Below are positions 48,619 to 56,197 of a stretch of DNA of 64,000 nucleotides, piece by piece. The stretch is from contig OY969926.1 in NCBI GenBank assembly GCA_963704645.1, positions 832,001 through 896,000 on the forward strand. Reading direction: 5' to 3'. This DNA is from an uncultured bacterium. Lineage in GTDB: Bacteria; Patescibacteriota; JACMRA01. The notes beneath the pieces are model-generated. The model was not told the origin of the DNA, did not search any database, and was given only the letters and a program-made list of their open reading frames with translations. Position 1 is the first letter of the stretch. Every line of letters starts with the position of its first letter. A program made the position numbers and the translations under genes.

Positions 48619-48684
48619 TGGTTTTTATAATAATTTGACACTTGTTTTAGTGTTTGGAAAGGTATGGGTTATATTTATCTAGCT

Positions 48685-48710
48685 TAGACCCTGAAACAAG
48701 TTCAGGGTGA
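48685..48710 (+). repeat. REP-like family A, copy 3
   Basis: Identical 26-mer. Confidence 0.9.
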
Positions 48711-48744
48711 CATGACTCTCTTGCTCTCAAATTAATTTATAAAT

Positions 48745-49977
48745 ATGACTTTTCCTTCCACCTCAAAAAAACCTAGAATTGCTATTGTTCATGACTATTT
48801 TGGCCAATATGGTGGGGCTGAAAAGGTGGTGGAAACTTGGTTGGAAATGTTCCCGGATGCTGTTCTTTATACTTCTTACTTCATTCCAGAAAAATTTCTT
48901 TCGTCTAAAACTATAACTAAAATATGGCAACAGGGTAGGGTGGTTACAACCCCAGTTCAAAGTTTGTTTAAAATAAAGTTCTTCCAAAAATTTCAAAAGC
49001 ATTTGTTTTGGCTGTATCCCGTTTTAATGTCTTTTGTAACTGTAAAAAACGCTGATGTAGTTTTAGTTTCTTCAACCTATTGCGGTAAAAATGTTAAAGT
49101 AGAGGGGTCCGGTAGCTCAAATAATTCATCGCCAAACGATCAAGTTGAATTTCTTCCAAAAATAATTCACTATTGCCACTCTCCAACCCGTTTTTTGCAT
49201 GGTTTAGTTACCGAAACTGACCACCAATCTCTCTCCAAAATTTTTCAATTGGCTATTCCACTTTTCACTTTCTGGCTGAAATGGATGGATTTGAAAGCTG
49301 CTAATTATTTAACCAGTAAAGGTACAATTTGGGTGGGGAATTCTAAGTTTATTTGTGGTTTAATTAAACAAGTTTATAATATAGATTCCAAATTAATTTA
49401 CCCACCTGTAGAAATTAACAATTTCCTTGAAATTCAAAATACACCTGAAAGTTTTTATTTGTGTCATGGCCGAGTTAGTTTCCACAAACGCCTAGATTTG
49501 GCAATTCAAGCTTGTTTGGAATTGGGTAGACCATTAAAAATTGGTGGAACCTCAGCTTTACCTAAAGAGATGGATGATCTTAAACTTATAGTTTCTAGTT
49601 ATGAAAGCAAACATCCTGAAAGTGCTGGTTTAATTGAATTTTTAGGCAGAACTACAGATCAGCAATATTTCAATTTATTATCTAAAACCAAAGGTTTTTT
49701 GTTTCCAGGAAAGGAAGATGCCGGCATTACCCCAATAGAAGTATTTGCGGCTGGTGTGCCAGTAATTGCATATCAAGCTGGTGGTGCTTTAGAATATTTA
49801 GAAAATGGTGTTAACGGATTATTCTTTGCAGAACAAACAGTGGAAAGTTTGAAAGAAGCTATTTTAAAATATGAAAACATCCAAGAGGTCCAATTTAACT
49901 CTGAAAAAATAAAGAGTACAGTGAAGCCTTTTAGTAGCGAGGTTTTTCAGGAAAAAATTTTGGGTATAATAAGCTAG
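48745..49977 (+). CDS. Glycosyltransferase family 4
   Basis: HDY...GGAEKV, YCHSPTR, KRLDLAI, EDAGITPIE. Confidence 0.9.
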   Translation: MTFPSTSKKPRIAIVHDYFGQYGGAEKVVETWLEMFPDAVLYTSYFIPEKFLSSKTITKIWQQGRVVTTPVQSLFKIKFFQKFQKHLFWLYPVLMSFVTVKNADVVLVSSTYCGKNVKVEGSGSSNNSSPNDQVEFLPKIIHYCHSPTRFLHGLVTETDHQSLSKIFQLAIPLFTFWLKWMDLKAANYLTSKGTIWVGNSKFICGLIKQVYNIDSKLIYPPVEINNFLEIQNTPESFYLCHGRVSFHKRLDLAIQACLELGRPLKIGGTSALPKEMDDLKLIVSSYESKHPESAGLIEFLGRTTDQQYFNLLSKTKGFLFPGKEDAGITPIEVFAAGVPVIAYQAGGALEYLENGVNGLFFAEQTVESLKEAILKYENIQEVQFNSEKIKSTVKPFSSEVFQEKILGIIS

Positions 49978-50059
49978 TACTTTACCTGTATGCTACACAA
50001 ATTGACAAACAATCTAGTCTGTTTAAACATTACACAACGACTTTTTTAGTCTATATATT

Positions 50060-51205
50060 ATGAACTTTAAAGAACAGTTGATTGAATTTAAAACCAATTT
50101 TGATTATCAACTTAGCCAATACCTATTAAACAAAATTGAAGAAGCTGGAAAAATAAATAGCGTGGCTAAAACTAACTTGGAAGAAATTTACAGAGTTATT
50201 TTAGAAGTAAAATCGGCTGGAAAAAGAATTAGACCCGCCTTAACATATTTTGGGTTTTTAGCCACAGGGAAAACTCCTAACGAGCAAGATTTAAACAATA
50301 TTACCCAAGTTGGAATTGCTTTAGAATTATTCCACACTTTTGCTTTAATTCACGATGATATTATAGACGAAAGCTTAACTAGACGAGGTTCACCAACTGT
50401 TCAGGCTTTTTACCAAAATTATTTTCAAAATGAAGCCCAAAATCATATCGAGACTGATTCTTTAAACAGTCAAAACTCTGCTCAAGATGTAACTAGAAGT
50501 AACCATCTTGCTTTAGGGGCTACAATTTTAGCTGGAGATTTTGCCTACATGCTTTCTCAAGAAGTAATTGGAAAATTGCCAAGTTCTCCTAAAATTGAGA
50601 AGATGAAGGATCTATTTTACCAAATGCAGTTTGAACTTATTTCTGGTCAACTAGACGATTGTTACGGAGTTGGAATGGCAAATTTTGATAATTTAAAACC
50701 AAAAGATATTGAGCATATGTTGAAGTTGAAATCTGGTAACTATTCCATTCAAAAACCACTTTTGTTAGGTGCAAGTTTGGCAGAGGCTAGTTCTTCCCAG
50801 TTAGAAGCTTTAGATAAGGCCGGTGAAAAAATTGGCTTAGTCTACCAACTAACCGACGATATTATTAGTTTATTTGGTGATGAAGAAAAAACTGGAAAGC
50901 CTAGCAAGGCAGATATTGTTGAAGGAAAGCGTACTTTATTGATGTCTTCCTATTACAATTCCTTAGACGGTGAAAACAGAAATTCACTTAAGAATATTTT
51001 GGGGAACGCTGAAACTAGCAATGATGAAATTCAAACTTTAAAACAGAAAATGCTTAACAGTGGGGTTGTTGATTCATTGAAAAAGCGTTGTGATGAAGAA
51101 AATAATAGGGCTTGGGTAATTTTGTCTGAAATTTTTGACCCGTTAAACGTGGGCATTAAATTCATAAAAGACATGTCTGAGTATTTGGTTCTAAGAGACA
51201 GCTAG
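50060..51205 (+). CDS. Polyprenyl diphosphate synthase
   Basis: GKRIRP, LIHDDIID...RRG, AGD, GQLDD, QLTDD, DIVEGK. Confidence 0.92.
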   Translation: MNFKEQLIEFKTNFDYQLSQYLLNKIEEAGKINSVAKTNLEEIYRVILEVKSAGKRIRPALTYFGFLATGKTPNEQDLNNITQVGIALELFHTFALIHDDIIDESLTRRGSPTVQAFYQNYFQNEAQNHIETDSLNSQNSAQDVTRSNHLALGATILAGDFAYMLSQEVIGKLPSSPKIEKMKDLFYQMQFELISGQLDDCYGVGMANFDNLKPKDIEHMLKLKSGNYSIQKPLLLGASLAEASSSQLEALDKAGEKIGLVYQLTDDIISLFGDEEKTGKPSKADIVEGKRTLLMSSYYNSLDGENRNSLKNILGNAETSNDEIQTLKQKMLNSGVVDSLKKRCDEENNRAWVILSEIFDPLNVGIKFIKDMSEYLVLRDS

Positions 51206-51225
51206 AAGTATTTTGAACTAAATAA

Positions 51226-51254
51226 TTCAGGTTTTTAGGCAAATGAACCTGAAT
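51226..51254 (+). terminator. Inverted repeat/terminator
   Basis: ATTCAGGTT...AACCTGAAT followed by Ts. Confidence 0.5.
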
Positions 51255-51329
51255 TTTAAAATTAAATTGTTTGTAAAAAGCTAGAAAGTTGTTGACATTT
51301 ATACGAAGTCATTTTAATTTCTACTTATT

Positions 51330-52475
51330 ATGTCATTTCAACGAGATATGGAAGATTTTCTTCTGTATTGTGAACTAACCAAGCAGTATTCTGAAAACAC
51401 TGTGCGTAATTATAGGGCTACTATGGAGCGCTTTGGAAAGTTTTTGGAGGTTAGGCAAATAGCTAGAACTAACCAAATTGATATTGATATTGTGAACCAA
51501 TACCGTGTTCATTTAAACAAGCAAGAAAGCATTAGGGGAGATAAAATTAGTTTGAAAACTCAGGCTTATCAAATTGTAGTGTTAAGGTCCTTCTTAAAAT
51601 TTTTAATTAAAAATGGGGCTTTGGTTCTTTCTCCAGATAGATTGGAATTGCCTAAAACTAGAATGCGAAAAATTGAATTTTTAAATGAAACTGAGGTTCA
51701 AAAGCTAATTCATGTAATTATTCAAGATTCGGCTAAAGTTGCAGATGTTCAAAAGAAACGTAATCAGGCCATAGTTTTAATTTTGTTTGGTTCAGGTTTG
51801 CGTTTGTCTGAATTGCTAAGTTTGAAAAAAGCCCAAATTCCATTGTGGAAAGGAGAGGTTGAATTGGAGGAAGAAAATGCTAGTGTTGATAGTAACCCTC
51901 AAGAAAATGGAAGGAGCGTAGAAATTGTGAATGGTGATTTAAATCAAACTCTAAGTTTAGAGTCTGGACTTCCACAAAGTTCAACACTAGAAAAAGATAT
52001 TCCTATACAAAATACACCTAGAAATGAAACTACAAGCCCAGAAATGAGCGACAATCAGCTATTAATTCAAGGTAAAGGTGGAAAAGTCCGCTCGGCTTTT
52101 TTGGCTCCGGCTTCATTAGAAGCAATTCATGAGTATTTAAAAATTCGTGGGGAAGACGAAAACCCTTGGCTGTTCATTTCTTTTAGTAAAAACAGAACTA
52201 AAGATTTAAAAAAACAAAAACCATTAACTCCAAGAATGGTTCAGTTAATGTTACAAAGTTATGCCAACAGATTGGGTATTTATAAGCACGTTACGCCACA
52301 CACACTTCGTCATAGTTTTGCCACAAAGGTTTTAACTGAAGGAGGAGATTTGCGTTCGGTGCAGACTTTGCTTGGCCATTCTAATATTTCTACCACTCAA
52401 ATTTATACACATGTTAGTGACTGGCAAATTAGAGATTTACATTCCAAAGTGTTTGGCAAGAAAGAGGGGAAATAA
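51330..52475 (+). CDS. XerC/D-type tyrosine recombinase with a ~65-aa insertion
   Basis: SAM-like N-terminus (YSENTVRNY), GLRLSEL, GKGGK, TPHTLRHSFAT, LLGH, TTQIYTHV. Confidence 0.93.
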   Translation: MSFQRDMEDFLLYCELTKQYSENTVRNYRATMERFGKFLEVRQIARTNQIDIDIVNQYRVHLNKQESIRGDKISLKTQAYQIVVLRSFLKFLIKNGALVLSPDRLELPKTRMRKIEFLNETEVQKLIHVIIQDSAKVADVQKKRNQAIVLILFGSGLRLSELLSLKKAQIPLWKGEVELEEENASVDSNPQENGRSVEIVNGDLNQTLSLESGLPQSSTLEKDIPIQNTPRNETTSPEMSDNQLLIQGKGGKVRSAFLAPASLEAIHEYLKIRGEDENPWLFISFSKNRTKDLKKQKPLTPRMVQLMLQSYANRLGIYKHVTPHTLRHSFATKVLTEGGDLRSVQTLLGHSNISTTQIYTHVSDWQIRDLHSKVFGKKEGK

Positions 52476-52544
52476 TTAAAAACTACAGTTTTATGGGCAC
52501 TATTGACTAAAACGTGAATCAGCTTAAAAATTTATAAATAGCTT

Positions 52545-54080
52545 ATGTTAAATATTCTTACAAATCAACCCTCAACCGATATAATTCTTTGGAAGCTAAG
52601 TTTAATCTCCGTTTCTGAGCTCAGTTCTTTGGAAACTTCGTTAAAAGATATTTTAGGACTTGTAAAATTTACAGGAAAGTTTGGCCAAGTTTCCATTCTT
52701 GCTGAAAGAAAAGAAATTTTTGTAGGCTTAACCTTCCAACCAGAACAAAAAACCGCCGACCCTTATCACGTTTTTAATTTTTACCAATTGGGCGCTAAAA
52801 TAGTTCGAAGTATAGCTCCATTCAAAATTGAAAATTTGGAGTTGCAAAACCATTCTATTTTTTTGGAATCTAAACACAATAATTTTGGTGAATTTTCCAA
52901 ATATTTGTTAGATTTATTATTGGGAATTAGCCAAGCTAGCTGGAATTTAGACACATATTTACCAGAGTCTGAAGCAAAATCTAGAAATATAAATTTAAGT
53001 TTTGGCTCAAGTTTGTCTAACTTACTTACTCCAGATTTAGTTTCTACTTTTAATGCTTTAAATAACGGTGTTACTCTAACCAGAAGTTTGGTAGATGACA
53101 TTCCTGAAAACATTAACCCAACAACATTGCCAAAATTGGTTGAAAAAGAATTAGGCCATAAAGCAAATATAACATTAAAAGTTATAGATTATTCTAAAAT
53201 TGTAGAAATGGGTATGGAAGGAATATATTTTGTAGGCAGAGCAAGTATTCACGACCCTGTAATGGTTCACGTTGTTCTAAGCCCGAAGGGTGAAGTTAAA
53301 AATAGAGTTTGCTTGGTAGGTAAAGGTGTAACCTACGATTCTGGAGGTTTAGATATTAAAACAGCTGGTAGCATGAAAACTATGAAAGTGGATATGGCAG
53401 GAAGCGCTACAATGTTTGGTGTAATGAAAGTTTTATCTGAAATGGAACTAGAAAATACAGAAGTTCACTGGATTTCGGCTTGGGTAGAAAATATGGTTGC
53501 AGGAAATAGCTACAAAACCGATGACGTTCTAACAACATATTCTGGCCAAACTGTAGAAATTTGGAACACTGATGCTGAGGGAAGATTAACTTTAGCCGAC
53601 GCTTTGGCCTATGCTACATTACAAAACCCAGATTATATTATTGACGCAGCTACTTTAACAGGTGCAGCTGTAAGATCTGTTTCTGAATATTACACAGCCA
53701 TGATGAGTAACGATTTCAACTTGGTTCACGGTCTAGAAAAAACTTTCATTCAAGAAGGTGAAAAAACAACTCACACACCACTTCCAGAAGTTTTACGCTC
53801 TAAAGTAAAGGGAGATGTTGGCCAGTTACTAAACGTTAGCACAATTGGGGCATATGCAGGTCATTTAACAGCCGGTCTATTTTTAAGCTACTTCGTAGAT
53901 CAGAAAAACTTTAGAAACCCAAAATTAGATATTAAAGAACCAAAAGCATACGCTTGGGCTCACTTAGATATTGCAGGAAGTTGCTGGAACAAAAAACAAA
54001 ATGACTTGGAAGCAAACGGTGCTACAGGGCAAAGTGTTAGAAGTTTAGCCGCCTGGGTTATAGGGTTAGATGGAAAATAA
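52545..54080 (+). CDS. pepA: Leucyl aminopeptidase (M17)
   Basis: VGKGVTYDSGGLDIK, MKVDMAG, NTDAEGRL, ATLTGA, AHLDIAG. Confidence 0.95.
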   Translation: MLNILTNQPSTDIILWKLSLISVSELSSLETSLKDILGLVKFTGKFGQVSILAERKEIFVGLTFQPEQKTADPYHVFNFYQLGAKIVRSIAPFKIENLELQNHSIFLESKHNNFGEFSKYLLDLLLGISQASWNLDTYLPESEAKSRNINLSFGSSLSNLLTPDLVSTFNALNNGVTLTRSLVDDIPENINPTTLPKLVEKELGHKANITLKVIDYSKIVEMGMEGIYFVGRASIHDPVMVHVVLSPKGEVKNRVCLVGKGVTYDSGGLDIKTAGSMKTMKVDMAGSATMFGVMKVLSEMELENTEVHWISAWVENMVAGNSYKTDDVLTTYSGQTVEIWNTDAEGRLTLADALAYATLQNPDYIIDAATLTGAAVRSVSEYYTAMMSNDFNLVHGLEKTFIQEGEKTTHTPLPEVLRSKVKGDVGQLLNVSTIGAYAGHLTAGLFLSYFVDQKNFRNPKLDIKEPKAYAWAHLDIAGSCWNKKQNDLEANGATGQSVRSLAAWVIGLDGK

Positions 54081-54096
54081 AAATAAAAAAACCAAT

Positions 54097-54122
54097 GTAG
54101 GGGCGATGTTTAGCATCGCCTT
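54097..54122 (+). repeat. GTAG-type REP after pepA
   Basis: GTAG-GGGCGATG-TTTAG-CATCGCCT; degenerate relative at 45541-45565 (minus strand). Confidence 0.75.
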
Positions 54123-54178
54123 TGTTCATGCTGCAAAAAATAACGGCCACAGCGAAATAGCTGGCCAACAATCAGAAA

Positions 54179-54967
54179 GTGTGCAATACTCAGTACAAAG
54201 TTAGAATTGATACAAATATGTTAACTAAAAGCACAGGCTTAGAAGCACCAGTTACTTTAGCCAGTATTCCAGCAAGAAGAGTAGTTACAGCGGAAGAAAT
54301 TCTTAGTAAACCAGAAGATTTGAAGTTGCAGAAAGTAATGACAGATAGACTGTTTTCAATTCTTAGAGATACTTCAGCAATAAGAAATATAATTTACCAA
54401 TCTGTTAAAAGAAGCAGTAATTTAAATAGAGAAAACATTGGTGAAATTTGGTATATTGCATTATTTTTCAGTAAAAAAGAAACACATGAAAGAATTAATA
54501 TAATCAGAGAATTGTCTTTAACAGATCGAGTCTTAAGTTTTCAAACTCTTGTTTCAAAATTAAAAAATTCTAAATATGGTAGTGAAGTTTTTGAAGTCGA
54601 AAAAAACTGGTATCAGCCAACAGCTGCTGAAAGAATTATAAATACTCCTTCTGCCCAAAGCGGTCTTACTGCTGGGCCAAGTATCCAAAATACATATACA
54701 AACGAAGATGGAGAACTTGTGAAGATGGACTTTGTAAAATCTTCTATAATTTCATATAACAGCGACTTAGAAGCTCAACAAATAGCCACATATCAAGCAT
54801 CTAAATATCAGAATTTAAAACGCAGAGATCCTGCTGAAATAGGTAGTAAATTAAATGAGTTACGTAAAAATTCTTCTAGCCCGAAATCAGAGAAAGTAAA
54901 TACTTCACCAGTTTCAAAAATGTTTAACGGGGTGAAAAATTGGTTCGGCAAAATGTTGAATAGATAA
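54179..54967 (+). CDS. Hypothetical protein (start may be ATG 54218)
   Basis: 262-aa ORF with no recognised motif; amphipathic C-terminal helix. Confidence 0.6.
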   Translation: MCNTQYKVRIDTNMLTKSTGLEAPVTLASIPARRVVTAEEILSKPEDLKLQKVMTDRLFSILRDTSAIRNIIYQSVKRSSNLNRENIGEIWYIALFFSKKETHERINIIRELSLTDRVLSFQTLVSKLKNSKYGSEVFEVEKNWYQPTAAERIINTPSAQSGLTAGPSIQNTYTNEDGELVKMDFVKSSIISYNSDLEAQQIATYQASKYQNLKRRDPAEIGSKLNELRKNSSSPKSEKVNTSPVSKMFNGVKNWFGKMLNR

Positions 54968-55033
54968 TCTGAAAATGGTTTTATAATTATCAATTAATTA
55001 CTTTGGTTACAAGTAGGCAAGGCCGAACTACGC

Positions 55034-56179
55034 TTAGCCCCTCTTCTTAAACCATTGGCTTAATCTGGTTAAAAAATAATCTGGCTCTTTTAAAATTACA
55101 TCAAAAGCACCAGGATATGTTACAATTTCGCCTTTGTACCCTTCTTTAAATTTGCTAAATCCTTTTCCTTCTTCCCAGCCCCCAAGATCGTAACTGTTGC
55201 AATTGTAGGCTTTGCCAATATAAATAGCAGTTAAATGTATTAAATACTGACCGTAGTTATTGAAACTAGATGGATTGTTTCCTCCGTGTAAATAAACTAT
55301 TGTATCGTTAAAAACTCCACCAAGCCAACATGACTGTGGTATATTGTGCTGATCTTTTAAAATTATTGAATGGGCAAAATCTTGGTGAAATAATTCTTTC
55401 AAATAGCTTTTTGGATGAGTTGCAAAATCTTGTCTTTTGGTGGTGGCGTGATGAACTGCGTACCAATCGTCAAAGCTTGGATTATTTATTTCCACAGTCC
55501 AACCCATTTCCAAGCTTTTTTTAGTGTATCTTCTAATGTTCTGATTAGTTTTACTCCAAAACTCCGTGTTATTCTGAAAGAAATGTTTAAGATCTGAAAG
55601 GGATGGCGAAAAAGAGATTTTACTTTTACTGTCATTTAAAATTTCAGACTCATCCAAAAACTTATCTACAATACTGGTTGTATTTCTAACAGGTAGCTCG
55701 TACTTACTAGCTTTTATATCAGATATATTTAAAATTATGGTAGAAAGAAAGTTTATTTGGCGTAAACTTGGTACAATTTCTTCAGAAATTAGGTGAGCTA
55801 AATATTTTGAATGGCTATGTTCTCCGCTATGATTTATGCTGTCACCGTTTAATAAAGAGCTGTAAAATTCAGGGTCAAAATCAATTTTTAATAAAGTTGC
55901 TCCAACATTTTTCCCAGTAGAAATAATTTCTTCAACAAGTTTTTGAAATAGTGCGGTTGCTTCTTTTTTACTTTTTTTGCCAAAACCAGAACCAAGCCTT
56001 GGAACATATAACCAAACCTGATTAAACTTCCAAGGATATTGGTAAACGGCAACAGAATATTCTTCTAAACCAAAACTGGTTTTAATTTCTGTTTTGGCTA
56101 AATGTATTTTGTGGCTAATACCGTTAGCCTTAATCCAAAAATTGTACCAGCACTGGGTTTGTAAAAAATTGGTAGACAC
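55034..56179 (-). CDS. Second FemABX-family protein, with insertions
   Basis: NFLQT..W, YVPR, YLHGG, YDLGG, FKEGYKG. Confidence 0.82.
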   Translation of the reverse strand: MSTNFLQTQCWYNFWIKANGISHKIHLAKTEIKTSFGLEEYSVAVYQYPWKFNQVWLYVPRLGSGFGKKSKKEATALFQKLVEEIISTGKNVGATLLKIDFDPEFYSSLLNGDSINHSGEHSHSKYLAHLISEEIVPSLRQINFLSTIILNISDIKASKYELPVRNTTSIVDKFLDESEILNDSKSKISFSPSLSDLKHFFQNNTEFWSKTNQNIRRYTKKSLEMGWTVEINNPSFDDWYAVHHATTKRQDFATHPKSYLKELFHQDFAHSIILKDQHNIPQSCWLGGVFNDTIVYLHGGNNPSSFNNYGQYLIHLTAIYIGKAYNCNSYDLGGWEEGKGFSKFKEGYKGEIVTYPGAFDVILKEPDYFLTRLSQWFKKRG

Positions 56180-56197
56180 AATTGGTGAATTTTTAAA

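Noticed and set aside
36941-48710. Identical 26-bp palindromic repeats as a CRISPR array
   Set aside because: Copies are 5-6 kb apart, with no spacer periodicity and no cas genes
51840-52060. Intein in Xer (also considered for the GpmI and RsmA inserts)
   Set aside because: No C/S...HN-C/S/T splice motifs; inserts are short or low-complexity
42064-52475. Prophage suggested by the holin-family gene and tyrosine recombinase
   Set aside because: Both are common chromosomal families; no structural, terminase or lysin genes
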